In this document: positions 50,881 through 61,236 of the stretch, one piece after another
Layout: each line of letters starts with the position of its first letter
Numbering within the stretch: the stretch's first letter is position 1
Virus record (IMG/VR): IMGVR_UViG_3300022899_000001
Location: 13,731 to 77,730 of that record
Length of the DNA stretch: 64,000 nt
Reading direction: 5' to 3' (one strand)
Source: a virus
Lineage: Duplodnaviria > Caudoviricetes
Notes under the pieces: generated by a model
What the model was told of the DNA's origin: nothing
What the model saw: the letters and a program-made list of their open reading frames with translations, nothing else
Databases searched by the model: none
Program-made: the position numbers and the translations under genes

Positions 50881-51326
50881 TAAACGCAATCCAATGGTTC
50901 AAGGACAAGGGCTTCACCTTCGACGACAAAATCACCATCAAGGACGTGCTGATTCTTCAGAAGGATGCCAAGTGCGACGGGATTGAAGTCGCGACCGATC
51001 TTTACCACGCCGCTTGCTCGCTTATGCGCCACCAATCAGACAAAGACTGCTGGCAAAACCTGCAAAATGCCGCAGCCAGATGGGAGGCTGAACGGCAGGG
51101 AGCAAATAACGACCGGATTATATCCAACTCATCGTGTGACGAGGACGAAACTCTGATTGAAAACTGTCTTGAAGTGTTGCGTTCTGATAAACAGCACGCC
51201 GGGATCGCAATTCTCCAGCGTCGCCTACGTCTTGGATACAGCCGCGCCGCGAGAATAATGGATGAACTCGAACGGCGAGGGAATGTCGGTCCAATCAGAT
51301 CATTGGAGCCTCGTGAAGTGTTTTAA
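50877..51326 (+). CDS. Protein with C-terminal FtsK gamma (winged-helix) domain
   Basis: GIAILQRRLRLGYSRAARIMDELERRGNVGP...PREV. Confidence 0.8.
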   Translation: MINAIQWFKDKGFTFDDKITIKDVLILQKDAKCDGIEVATDLYHAACSLMRHQSDKDCWQNLQNAAARWEAERQGANNDRIISNSSCDEDETLIENCLEVLRSDKQHAGIAILQRRLRLGYSRAARIMDELERRGNVGPIRSLEPREVF

Positions 51327-51818
51327 CCCTAACCCGGAATCCCCTCGGCAGCGATAGGGGGAAAGTTCCGTCTAACCTCCCATGCACGGATTGAAGCACC
51401 GGAAGTATTCCTGAAAACAAAGTCGTTTCGCGAAAAGGCACCTGATAGCGTTATTCGACCACCCCACCCGTACCCCAAAAGTATCCACCCCCGCCTCCAC
51501 GCTGCCCTGCGCCGCTCGCTGCTGCCCGCTGGCTGGGCGTTTGCCTGTCTGAACCTGTCGGGATAGCTACGGCTCGTCCTAGGGCAATCATGAAGGGTTA
51601 ACGGCCCATCGGAAGGATGATCGAGGACACCTCCAAAAGACGGTAAATTGTGGCCAGTTGCGCCAGAACAGGACAAAAAGACAGACACAAGTTGCCTTGT
51701 GGTCTTTTGTAACCTCTACATTTTAATCGGAAACAACAACAAACAAAGGCAAACGGTGAGATTCAGGCAATAATAGTCTAACTATAAACGATATGCACAC
51801 ATGCCAAAACACCACAAT

Positions 51819-52310
51819 TCAAGCCGACAGGTCAGGCGCCGCATTCTTCGGCTTCGATGGCTTCCGTTCCTTCGTGGGATCAGGCGATGGACGCCGGCTG
51901 CCTGGGTTGGGCTGGCCTTTCAGGATGCGGATACGCTCAAGCGCAGTGTCCCAAGCGCGGGTTAGTGCCAGAAAGTCGCGGGCACCTGAATCTGGCTCAG
52001 ATCGAGACTTGTTGTCACACGACCCATTCTCGCTTCCGTCCTGCTTTGTGGCCTTCCGAGTCTCTTTCAACTCGGCCAGCATTTCGACTGCTTCACGCTC
52101 GAAAAGAAGCGCATGGGCGAGGAACTGGCGCTTTGTCCCGCGAGGTTTGTTGCGGATATGATCGGTAACAGGATCAGTGCCGGCACGTTTGAAGGTGCCG
52201 TTTCCAGTGTGGGTTTTGGTTGGCGGCGAAGTGGGTTCCACTTGCTGACAATAGGAGCAACACACTGCTTCGGCAAGTACCTTTGCTTCTGCCTCTGCTT
52301 CTGTTGACAT
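51819..52310 (-). CDS. Hypothetical protein, candidate terminase small subunit
   Basis: Helical core ALTRAWDTALERIRILKGQPNPGS with a basic tail; next to a strand-switch low-complexity region. Function is inference. Confidence 0.4.
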   Translation of the reverse strand: MSTEAEAEAKVLAEAVCCSYCQQVEPTSPPTKTHTGNGTFKRAGTDPVTDHIRNKPRGTKRQFLAHALLFEREAVEMLAELKETRKATKQDGSENGSCDNKSRSEPDSGARDFLALTRAWDTALERIRILKGQPNPGSRRPSPDPTKERKPSKPKNAAPDLSA

Positions 52311-52379
52311 TTCGAGACAAAATTTGACTGTCAACAATGTCTTTGACACATGGGTTAATGGTGCGTAATCATTGGCGAA

Positions 52380-52888
52380 TGTATGCCAAGATATTCACTC
52401 AAATCTTCGATTCTTCCATTGCTGAAAATTACGAAGTGCGCCATGTGTTCGAGGATTTGTTGAAATTGGCGGACCAAGACGGGGTTGTGGACATCACAGC
52501 GGAAGCCATCTCGCGGCGTACAAATGTCCCACTGGATAAGGTCCTGTTTGGGATCGGTGAACTGATGAAGCCGGACCCGCGCAGCCGGTCGAAGGATCAC
52601 GACGGGCGACGATTGGTGCCGATTGACTCTCGGCGCGACTGGGGTTGGCTCATTGTCAACTACCAGCACTACCGAGCCGTTCAAGATGAGGAAGCGCGTC
52701 GGTCCTACTTTCGGGATGCGAAGAAGCGCGAGCGAGCGAAGAAAAAGAGCAGGAAGGCAAAGCGCACACTGGCTCAGATTCGAGCCGAGAACCTGTCACG
52801 CGAACGGCGGGCCGATGAAGCCGAGAAGCGCGGGGACCAAGCTGGAGCCGATGCAATCGCAGCCGAAAATCTCCCCAACGGCGCCTAA
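52380..52888 (+). CDS. Phage replication-protein-like winged-helix protein
   Basis: MYAKIFTQIFDSSI...LADQDGVV..T..AISRRTNVP...PDPRSRS...GRRL...GWLIVNYQHYR. Confidence 0.6.
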
Positions 52889-53079
52889 GAATTTCCCCTA
52901 TTCCAAGGTAGGTAAAAATAGTTTGAAATAATCCCTTGACATCTTCTGGCATAGTGTGAGAAGCTACGCATGTGAAGACGACGAACAATCTACCGGGAAT
53001 CAATCGGACGTGCGCTGTGTCGTCTTCACACTACTTCATTGCGTGCGCTGGTTGGTTCCCGGTTTTGAAAGGCTGACAG

Positions 53080-53322
53080 ATGAGCAAACAGACATTTCTA
53101 AATGAACCATCGGATTGTGAATGGCTACGCACTACACACTTGAAACCGTCACAATGGAACAATGCAAATCCGATTCCTGAATTCAAATCGTTTTGCTTGT
53201 TTGGCAATGAAGATTGCCCGCAAGAAATTCTCCTTTATCGGGAAGATCACCCGACAGTCAGTGACAATCCGGTGCGGGCAATGTTGATGGACAATGGCTG
53301 CTATTCCTTCACTCCGGTTTAA
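53080..53322 (+). CDS. Early-region hypothetical protein
   Basis: 80 aa, AAAGG ribosome-binding motif upstream. Confidence 0.55.
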   Translation: MSKQTFLNEPSDCEWLRTTHLKPSQWNNANPIPEFKSFCLFGNEDCPQEILLYREDHPTVSDNPVRAMLMDNGCYSFTPV

Positions 53323-53349
53323 CCCACACCCCAAACGAAAGGCTGAACG

Positions 53350-53904
53350 ATGAAAATAGACTCACACGAACAAGAGCATGAGGGTTACAAAATCCGCGTT
53401 GCAATCCATCACGATACCGACATGGGCGCACCGTGGGAAGAACACGACGGGCACGGCATAGTCAGCGAATGGACTTCGCGCGACAAGGAGCCCGGCGAAA
53501 TGGTTCTTTGCAGTGATCGCCATTCACGCCGCTATTACGATTTCAAGGCGACGCTTGAAGTTGCGAAGCGCGACGGCTGGGGACTTGGTGACGAAAGCAA
53601 GGCGAAGCTCGCCATGAAACTTGGCCACAAGCCCACGGCAAAGGAGATTCGAACGGAAGCAGTCCAACATGATTTCGAGTATTGCCGTGGCTGGTGCAAT
53701 GACGAATGGGTGTGGCTGGGCTACACGACGGAGATTGAGACACCAGACGGCGAAACTCTTGACGGTGACTCTTGCTGGGGATTTGAAGGGACCGACGGCG
53801 GGAAGGAATACATGATAGGCGAAGCGGTGAGCCAGGCCGAGGCAGTGATTAAACGGCACCAATTAACGGTGCGCGAAACCGCGATTGCGGAATGTGTCCC
53901 CTAA
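53350..53904 (+). CDS. Early-region acidic hypothetical protein
   Basis: 184 aa, AAAGG upstream. Confidence 0.65.
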   Translation: MKIDSHEQEHEGYKIRVAIHHDTDMGAPWEEHDGHGIVSEWTSRDKEPGEMVLCSDRHSRRYYDFKATLEVAKRDGWGLGDESKAKLAMKLGHKPTAKEIRTEAVQHDFEYCRGWCNDEWVWLGYTTEIETPDGETLDGDSCWGFEGTDGGKEYMIGEAVSQAEAVIKRHQLTVRETAIAECVP

Positions 53905-53926
53905 CACCCCAACGCGAAAGGCAACC

Positions 53927-54127
53927 ATGAAACCAACGACGACGAAACAGACGGAGATTTCTGAACGGCTCGAGTACTTGCGGGGCGAGATCAAAGCCGA
54001 GCGGATCAGTTACGAGGAAATAGTCGAACTGCAATCGCTGGCGGAACATATCCCGGCTGCCGATGTTCTTTTGCGGGAATGGGCCGGCTTGCCTGAATTC
54101 CCCAAAGCGACCGGAGGCGACAAGTGA
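53927..54127 (+). CDS. Early-region hypothetical protein
   Basis: MKPTTT...RLEYLRGEIKAERISYEE...WAGLPEF; AAAGG upstream. Confidence 0.55.
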   Translation: MKPTTTKQTEISERLEYLRGEIKAERISYEEIVELQSLAEHIPAADVLLREWAGLPEFPKATGGDK

Positions 54128-54269
54128 GCATGCAACTATTCATCGGATTCTTGATCGGCGCTTGCGTTCAAGCAGTGTTCACAATTCTCTTTACGCTGTG
54201 GCAGGACTGGACGGAAAGGAAAGGGAAACAAACTTAATCGCCCTCGCGCTTCCCATGAGAGGCGCGACG

Positions 54270-54591
54270 GCGGCGAAGTGCCGCGAATAACGAAAGGAAA
54301 ACAATGCAAGCAAAGTTCGCAAAGCTGTTAGCAAACAACATCGCCACAATCGCCGGCAATGTGGCGCACGTCGCCCTAATAGACGCCAAAATCATCAATG
54401 ATGAAATCGTCCCGCCTCTTAGAGCCGACGCCTGCGCCAAGGTTGAAGCATGCAAGGCAAGCATCGCGGAAATTCTCATGCAGCCCGGCGCCAGATGGGA
54501 TGCGAAAGAGAGCTAAAGATTCTTCCCCTCGCTCCTAACCGAGCGCCTAGAGCGCCGAGCGAGGGGAGAAATCCACGCGGCGAAGTGCCGC
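54270..54591 (+). repeat. Two copies of hairpin GCGGC-GAAGT-GCCGC (54270-54284, 54577-54591)
   Basis: Identical 15-mers, each 19-26 nt upstream of a start codon and preceded by another GC hairpin. Confidence 0.8.
54304..54516 (+). CDS. Early-region hypothetical protein
   Basis: 70 aa, AAAGG upstream. Confidence 0.5.
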   Translation: MQAKFAKLLANNIATIAGNVAHVALIDAKIINDEIVPPLRADACAKVEACKASIAEILMQPGARWDAKES

Positions 54592-54617
54592 ACAACCAAC
54601 AACAAAAAGGCTAGACA

Positions 54618-56480
54618 ATGAGTGAACACAAAGGCACGGCGACCTATTCGCCGGAGGATAACAAGCTGCGGCTCTACATTGGCCGCGTACCGCGTGATGA
54701 GTTTCTGAAACTCCGCGCCGATGGCTGGGTAACGCTGCATAAGCAACGCGAGGCAGGCGGCGGAGACTTCGCGGCGACCTGGACACCCAGCCGGCGAGAT
54801 ACCGCGCTGGAGTATGCCGGGATAATCGAGGACGAGGACATGGGGCCAGCCGAACGCGCCGCAGATCGGGCGGAACGCTTCGGAGATTATCGGGACAAAC
54901 GGACAGGCGAGGCAACCGGACACGCGGACAGATACGACAGCGGGCCAGTGGTCCACGGCTACCAGAGCGAGGCACGCGCCGAATGTTCAGCCGCAAGGCA
55001 TGATCGGATTGGAACGCGGGCGGTTGACGCTTGGAGCAAGGCCGAATATTGGACGCGCCGCACTGCGGGCGTTATCTCGCACGCTTTGCACGTTTCGTCT
55101 CCGGGCGTTCGCATGGGCAGGATTAAGACGCTAGAGGCTGAACTACGGAAATGCCGCGCAGGGATCGAGGAGCGTAAATCAATCTGGCAGGGCTGGCAGA
55201 AGATCGCAGCCATCACCGACCCAGCCGAACAAACAAAGGCGGCGGTCTGGTTTGCTGGTCATGCTCACACGTGGGCCGATTACATGCACCCAAGGCCAGA
55301 CAAATGCCGGGAATACTACCGCACGAACGCAACAAGTCTTTATTCACTCCTAACCGACGAGCGCGACCCAATCACCGGCGCCGAGGCTTGCGCCTTCTAC
55401 TTCTCAGACCACAGCGAGCTGACCGAAGAAACCGACTGGACGACTCACCTGACATTGCGCCTCGCCTATGAAAATCAAATGATCGAAGCCCAAGGCGGGC
55501 GGGCGGCATTTGTCGAAATGCAAGCGGGCGGCTGGATCGGCTCTTATCAAATCCGCAAGGTGAACAAGAGCAACGCCACGGGCCGCGTGGTATCGGTCAA
55601 CGTGCTTGACCCTCGCGGCTGGTCTGGATTCACCAAGGAAAGCGGATACAAGGAACACGTAACCCGCGCCGCGATTGTAACGTTGAACATCGAACGGCTT
55701 AAAAAAGAAGCGTATCGCCCCCCGACACCGGATGACATCGCCAAGCTCGAAGCCGAGATTGACGCGGAGAAAGCCAAGGCACCGAAGAAAGCGCCGTGTC
55801 CGCTTGTCAATCCAACCGAAGCCGAAGCGGAACGCCTGCAAGCCATTTGGAACGAGCGAGCGAAGGCGAAGCACTGCGCGGCTTACCTGAAGGAATACGG
55901 CAAAGATTATGCCGCCGACTTCATGCCGGCAACCGTCTGCAAAATCACACAGGCGATTTACAGCGCCAACAGCAAAGGCGCGTATGCGCGGGCGGAAACG
56001 GAAAAGCTTTGCGCGAACGCCACGCTTGAACCTGGACAACGGTTTTACGATTACGCCAAACAGGTGCAAGAGGCCAAGGAACGCGGCCCCGCCATCTGCC
56101 AGATCAGAACCACACACGAAGCGAACTCGAAGCAATTCACGCCGCATCGGGTTATTATCCTCACCGACAAACCTCAAAAGGCTTTGCCCGCCGCCGTATG
56201 GAAGGCGCACAAGCAAGCCAGTGAAGCAACGGCAGAGAAGTCAAAGCTGAACGTTTTCAAGTTTTGGAATTGCGCTTGCGGATTCCAAGACGAAACAAGC
56301 GCCGTGTATGACGCCAAGATTTGCCCGAAGTGCGGGGAGAAGATGCACGACGACACAAAAGCCGTTGCCGCGATCCGCGCAGCCGTTCGAGGCCGTGAGT
56401 ACGAAGCGATGGACAAGAAGCGGGCCGACGCTGGCGCAAGTTCTGTCAACGCGGAAACCGGCGAACTTTCCTTCGCATGA
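54618..56480 (+). CDS. DUF3560-like domain protein
   Basis: AERAADRAERFGDYRDKR...HGYQSEARA...WSKAEYW...RIKTLEAELRK. Confidence 0.65.
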   Translation: MSEHKGTATYSPEDNKLRLYIGRVPRDEFLKLRADGWVTLHKQREAGGGDFAATWTPSRRDTALEYAGIIEDEDMGPAERAADRAERFGDYRDKRTGEATGHADRYDSGPVVHGYQSEARAECSAARHDRIGTRAVDAWSKAEYWTRRTAGVISHALHVSSPGVRMGRIKTLEAELRKCRAGIEERKSIWQGWQKIAAITDPAEQTKAAVWFAGHAHTWADYMHPRPDKCREYYRTNATSLYSLLTDERDPITGAEACAFYFSDHSELTEETDWTTHLTLRLAYENQMIEAQGGRAAFVEMQAGGWIGSYQIRKVNKSNATGRVVSVNVLDPRGWSGFTKESGYKEHVTRAAIVTLNIERLKKEAYRPPTPDDIAKLEAEIDAEKAKAPKKAPCPLVNPTEAEAERLQAIWNERAKAKHCAAYLKEYGKDYAADFMPATVCKITQAIYSANSKGAYARAETEKLCANATLEPGQRFYDYAKQVQEAKERGPAICQIRTTHEANSKQFTPHRVIILTDKPQKALPAAVWKAHKQASEATAEKSKLNVFKFWNCACGFQDETSAVYDAKICPKCGEKMHDDTKAVAAIRAAVRGREYEAMDKKRADAGASSVNAETGELSFA

Positions 56481-56728
56481 ACGCAAAACATATCCACGGA
56501 GAGCCAAGGGCGGCGCACGAGATTTACGGACTGCAATCAGAGCCTCCGATTCCTTGCGCGTTCAAAATTGGCGACTCAGTAACTTATACCAATGACCAAG
56601 GGTGCAAATTCAACAATCGGCTCGTCATTGGGTTTGCGAAAGAAGTCCAAAGTTGGGGCGGTTTTATTCACTTGGACTCCGATGCGTGGTGGTTTCCGGT
56701 AAAACCTCAAAACTTGGCCGCCGTATGA
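56477..56728 (+). CDS. Small SH3-like hypothetical protein
   Basis: FKIGDSVTYTNDQGCKF...VIGF. Confidence 0.55.
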   Translation: MNAKHIHGEPRAAHEIYGLQSEPPIPCAFKIGDSVTYTNDQGCKFNNRLVIGFAKEVQSWGGFIHLDSDAWWFPVKPQNLAAV

Positions 56729-56870
56729 GCTACGCAAAGGCAATGCGCCACAATCGCAATCCGCGCAAGTGGAAACGGACGCGGGTTAAGGACGGGCGCG
56801 GCATGTCGTTATCTGGCCAGCGCGGGCAATGGCTTGTTTTTGGAAAGCCAACCACAGCGGAGGCCAAACC

Positions 56871-57506
56871 ATGAAGCCCGCAACCTTCCATCGCCTGCAC
56901 GATCTCCGCATGGAGAACGACGCCGCAGGCTACGCGCAAGCCGAGTTGCGCCCGCGCTTTGATCGGCTGGCGGGGCGGCATGAGAACGGCACGGCGCCGA
57001 AAGCGGTTGCCGTGCCGCAACTGTTCCAAACGCCGGTTGCCATCGCCGCGCAACTCGTGGCCGCGTTGGAGCTTCAACCCGGCGCCCGTGTGCTTGAGCC
57101 ATCGGCAGGGCTTGGGAGATTGCTGGACGCATTGAAGTCATTCGCGCCGCGTGAAGTTGTGGCGGTGGAGATCGCCCACGATTGCACGCGGGAACTATTC
57201 CGCCAGGAGCGCGAAGGCGTGACGATCATGCAGCGGGATTTCCTGATGTTGTCACCAGAGGAAACAGGTTTGTTTGATGCCGTGGCCATGAACCCGCCTT
57301 TCACGATGCGAAGCGACATCCGGCACATTCAACACGCGCTGACGTTCCTAAAGAAAGGCGGCAAGCTGGCGGCAATCTGTTTCGATACAGACCAGAGACG
57401 GCACGCCTTCCAATCAGTTGCATCAACTTGGGTTGAGCTACCGCAAGGCGCGTTCAAAGAAACCGGCACCAACGTCAACACGGCCCTGCTCGTGATTGAC
57501 GCCTGA
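56871..57506 (+). CDS. Amino DNA methyltransferase, gamma class (small)
   Basis: VLEPSAGLG precedes VAMNPPF; FKETGTNVNT; ATG at 56871 overlaps an upstream TGA. Confidence 0.85.
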   Translation: MKPATFHRLHDLRMENDAAGYAQAELRPRFDRLAGRHENGTAPKAVAVPQLFQTPVAIAAQLVAALELQPGARVLEPSAGLGRLLDALKSFAPREVVAVEIAHDCTRELFRQEREGVTIMQRDFLMLSPEETGLFDAVAMNPPFTMRSDIRHIQHALTFLKKGGKLAAICFDTDQRRHAFQSVASTWVELPQGAFKETGTNVNTALLVIDA

Positions 57507-57771
57507 CAAAAAGGCCCATGACTCTAAGCCACAGCCCTCGCCTAACCTTTCCCTCGCCCGTTGCGAGGTTTCTAGGCGTGGGCTGCTGGCGGTGGGGAAG
57601 GTGAATTATGACAAAAGAACAGTGTATCAAAACAACCTGCCAAGTGCTGCGTAAGCGTGTGCGCTATGATGGTGCGTCAATAGCTCTGCCGACAACTCCA
57701 TTCCCCGGCGATGACACGCCAGTGATACGTGAGGCGACAGGGAATTCTATGAGCACACAAGGGGGCACGAA

Positions 57772-58167
57772 ATGGACAAACCCGACAACGAGGACGCGCA
57801 AGAGATTCTCCGCGCTGCCGCACAAGCCGACAAAACTTCGCTTACCATTCGTTGCGCCATGAATACCCAAGGAATAACTGAACGCCTCCACGCGAAAGCT
57901 GACGCTCAGCTTACGGCGGAAATCAGCAAAGCACTTGAGCCGATCTGGAACCTCATGGGCCGTGACTCGCAGCCTCACAAATTCAAAGCGATACGCACCA
58001 CGGACGCGCACACTGAGGTTGAGGTTTACTGGCGCGAGTCCATAAAGGGGATCAAAGCGATGGCATTTGAACACCATCGGGACGCCTTCCGACAGAAGGT
58101 GGTTGACGAGTTCATGGCCAAGGTTGAATCACTTTCTGAACAGGTGGAACAACTTCGCAATATATGA
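57772..58167 (+). CDS. Hypothetical protein
   Basis: 131 aa, helical. Confidence 0.5.
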   Translation: MDKPDNEDAQEILRAAAQADKTSLTIRCAMNTQGITERLHAKADAQLTAEISKALEPIWNLMGRDSQPHKFKAIRTTDAHTEVEVYWRESIKGIKAMAFEHHRDAFRQKVVDEFMAKVESLSEQVEQLRNI

Positions 58168-58589
58168 TCTCAACCATTCTCGGACTCGTCATGCTGGTTG
58201 TCGGCCTGCTCGCCTTCGTTGCTCTCGTGTGGGCGGGCCTATCCCGTTGCCCCAAATGCGGCGGCTATTGTTGCAGCGAAACAGACGTGTGCCAGGAGAA
58301 CCGGAAAAGGAAAGGGCTGTGATTACAAAAACTAAATTACACCGAATGGGCTACAGATTGAGCGCAAGCCGAGACTTCTACTGTAAACGCCGCTGTGTGG
58401 TTTGCCGTCCTGAATCGAAAGCAACCGTCCAAGTGAAGCTTCGTGGACACGGTTGGTACGACGTGACCTCAACCGAAGCCGGTCAAACTGACTTCTCGGA
58501 AATGCTGAAAGGGATACGCCAACTGAAGCAATGGGAGGCATTTGCTTTTTGCTATTGACACAAATCACGAAGAAGCGTAAAAACAACCC

Positions 58590-59217
58590 ATGATTCGCGA
58601 AAGATATTTTGCCGTGCGCGTCGGCAAGCCGGGAAAACACTTTCCCTATTTGATGGTGTCGCATGAATGCCCGGATTCGCCGGGGCTTTATGTCACCAAA
58701 GGTCAGGCTGAACAACGAAGGCCAAAATACCCCGACATGAAGGTCGTCAGAGTTGAAGTAAGGGAACTAAAGAAATGAACGAACGACCACAAATCCCCTG
58801 CACAAACTGCAACGGCGCCGGGAGTCAGGCCATGCCGGACAAATACTGGCGCGTGCTGACGTTTCTCCGGCGCAAACGTTCGGCAACATCGTCGGATGTC
58901 CACGCGCTGGAGCCGGAGGCAAGCCCTGTGCTGGCCAACAAGCGGCTAGAATATCTGCGGGCGCATGGGTTCGCAACGCGGACGTTGCAACAGGACAGCA
59001 AGACGAAACCGTTTTGGATTTACAAGCCTGTATGAAATCGAAGGAATTGAAAGATTACACGTTTGATGAACTCGTTGACCATGCTGCGGGAGGGTTGCTT
59101 CAAGACATTTTGCAAGGAACAAAATTCAGGACCGCAGCATGGAGAGCAGTTGAAATCGGCGTGCGCTGGCGAGACGAGCAGAACATTGCGCGGATGAAAG
59201 AAAAAAGAAAGAAATGA
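58590..59217 (+). CDS. Three small coupled ORFs (58590-58778, 58775-59035 with CxxC and wHTH-like segment, ~59032-59217)
   Basis: ATGA overlaps; CTNCNG motif. Confidence 0.5.
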
Positions 59218-59395
59218 AACCTTGGACCTACAAGCCGTCATCTCGTCTGTCTCGCTGGTCAATGTGGCTGGCGCGGCACGATCTCATTCCAAAACACGCA
59301 TTAAGGCCGTGGCTTTGGAGAATTTTGAAATGATTTTTACACTTTCGAGAAGAACAACAAACCACTCGAAACACGAACAAAAGAAAGAAACCGTT

Positions 59396-59785
59396 ATGCA
59401 CATATCAGCCCTCAAACAAAGCAACTTCCTGACACGGGCCGAAGTCGGCAAAGGAGTGTTGCTCACCATCCGTCAGATCACCCAGGAGAACGTAGCCAAG
59501 CAGGGCGCACCCGAAGAACTACGCTGGTGCCTGCACTTCGATGAAGTTGAGAAGCCAATGGTCCTGAACTCGACCAATGGCCAGATCATCGCCGGGATCA
59601 CCAAGAGCGAGGACACCGACACATGGCCAGGCCAGAAGATAGTGGCCTACGATGATCCGAACGTTTCATTCGGTGGAAAACTGGTCGGCGGCATCCGTGT
59701 CCGGGCACCAAAGAATCAGCCTGCACCAAAACCCGCTGCCCCAGTCGCGCCCGCCGCTCAGGAGAGCGATGACGTACCGTTTTGA
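59396..59785 (+). CDS. Phage single-stranded DNA-binding protein-like
   Basis: KPMVLNSTN...DTDTWPGQKI...VSFGGKLVGGIRVR; acidic C-terminus ending DDVPF. Confidence 0.65.
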   Translation: MHISALKQSNFLTRAEVGKGVLLTIRQITQENVAKQGAPEELRWCLHFDEVEKPMVLNSTNGQIIAGITKSEDTDTWPGQKIVAYDDPNVSFGGKLVGGIRVRAPKNQPAPKPAAPVAPAAQESDDVPF

Positions 59786-59902
59786 TGGCGAGCAAACCAG
59801 CTCTCATCTGTGCGAGAAGTGCGGCCAGTTCGGAAGGGTTAAGTATTCGGCGGTGCTGAAAGCTTGGCTCTGCTGGCCGTGCTTTCTGAACAGACGGCGA
59901 CT

Positions 59903-60256
59903 ATGAATTCTCAAGCCATTCAATTCCACGGGGTATTGTCCCGTGTGGGAACGCGCAGCGATGGTTCATTGGGAATGACCATTGAAAGCGGGGAGCTTGT
60001 TCCAGAGGACAAGCTTTCCGTGTTCAACCTGCAAAACATCCCGTGCCTGATTACGTTCCGGCCAAATGATGCCGATGCCAGCCCGCCAAAGGAGATAAAG
60101 GGAGAACTCTCGAAGAAAACCCAGTCCGAACGCATCAGGGCGGTGTTGTTCGTGTTCTGGCATCAGGTCGGGGAGCCGGGCAACTTCGATCAATTCTACC
60201 TCGCTGAAACCGAGAAAATCCTGAACACAATCAAAGCCAAGCTGAAACCCGTATGA
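59903..60256 (+). CDS. Conserved phage hypothetical protein
   Basis: SRVGTRSDGSLGMTI...KKTQSERIRAVLF. Confidence 0.6.
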   Translation: MNSQAIQFHGVLSRVGTRSDGSLGMTIESGELVPEDKLSVFNLQNIPCLITFRPNDADASPPKEIKGELSKKTQSERIRAVLFVFWHQVGEPGNFDQFYLAETEKILNTIKAKLKPV

Positions 60257-60876
60257 ACAAAGACTATTGGGTATTGGATATTGAGACAAAAGGACTACCA
60301 GAGTCACTACAAAGGCAGGTAATGCCATCAGAATGGCCGCTAGGCAACGTCAAAGACCCGGAGAAGGTCAAAACAGCCATAGCGGAGAAAGAACGCTCCT
60401 GGCTCGACTGTGCGCCACTGGAGGCCAGTCGTGGGGAAGTGCTGGCGATAGGGGTTATTCTGGATGATGGGCCAGAAATCATTCACGGCATGGACGAGAT
60501 GACTTTGCTCAAGTTTTTCAGAGGAAAGGCCACGGAATATAGTCACAGAACTGTGGTTGGCCATAATCTGCTTGGGTTTGACATACCGTTTCTGTGTCGG
60601 CGCATGTGGAAACACGGCATAAGACCGCCCACACAATGGCAGGATTGTACTCCCTGGAAGGCAAAATGGGCGTTTGATACGATGCAGTATTGGTCCTGTG
60701 GCAACCGGGATCAAAGGATTGGACTAGACCTGCTGGCGTGGCACATGGGCGTGGGTCGAAAACAAGGCAATGGCTCAGACTTTGCCAAGCTGTACGAAAC
60801 CGACAAGGACAAGGCTTTGGAGTACATTAAAAATGATCTTATGCTGACTGAGGCTGTGTACCTGAAGATGGTCTAA
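60253..60876 (+). CDS. DEDDy 3'-5' exonuclease (PolB exonuclease-like)
   Basis: VLDIET, GHNLLGFDIPFL, YIKND. Confidence 0.85.
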   Translation: MNKDYWVLDIETKGLPESLQRQVMPSEWPLGNVKDPEKVKTAIAEKERSWLDCAPLEASRGEVLAIGVILDDGPEIIHGMDEMTLLKFFRGKATEYSHRTVVGHNLLGFDIPFLCRRMWKHGIRPPTQWQDCTPWKAKWAFDTMQYWSCGNRDQRIGLDLLAWHMGVGRKQGNGSDFAKLYETDKDKALEYIKNDLMLTEAVYLKMV

Positions 60877-61026
60877 GCCCCCACAACAAAACGACGACGT
60901 TCCGATACCGTGAAGAATAAACCACAATACGATTGGAAAGCAGCGTTTGACGCTCTGTGCAGAAGTTTGGATGAAGATGCAACCGCGCTTGAAAAGATCG
61001 TGGCCGATGAGGACTCCTGATTTCCG

Positions 61027-61236
61027 GTGAATACGAAATCACCAAAGCTAAAACGGAGCGCACAGCAGCGTCTAGTTAACGATGCCGCAAACCGTCTATT
61101 GCTCGCTGTCTGCCTTAAAGTGCTGGCCGAAGCGCAACGAGCGGTTGCAGAAAGAAAGTGGGTTGAGCGTGGCATGGACGTAAAAATCAACCGCATCCTT
61201 TGTCCGCAATACTTTACCAAGCGAAAGAAGGCGTGA
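61027..61236 (+). CDS. Small basic hypothetical protein
   Basis: 69 aa, GTGA overlap with the next gene. Confidence 0.4.
   Translation: MNTKSPKLKRSAQQRLVNDAANRLLLAVCLKVLAEAQRAVAERKWVERGMDVKINRILCPQYFTKRKKA

Noticed and set aside
52303-52348. Palindrome TTGAC-T-GTCAA and clustered TTGAC hexamers between divergent genes
   Set aside because: Plausible operator or promoter, but single copy with no convincing -10 at 17 bp.
52936-52965. TTGACA as early-region promoter
   Set aside because: No acceptable -10 hexamer at 16-18 bp spacing.
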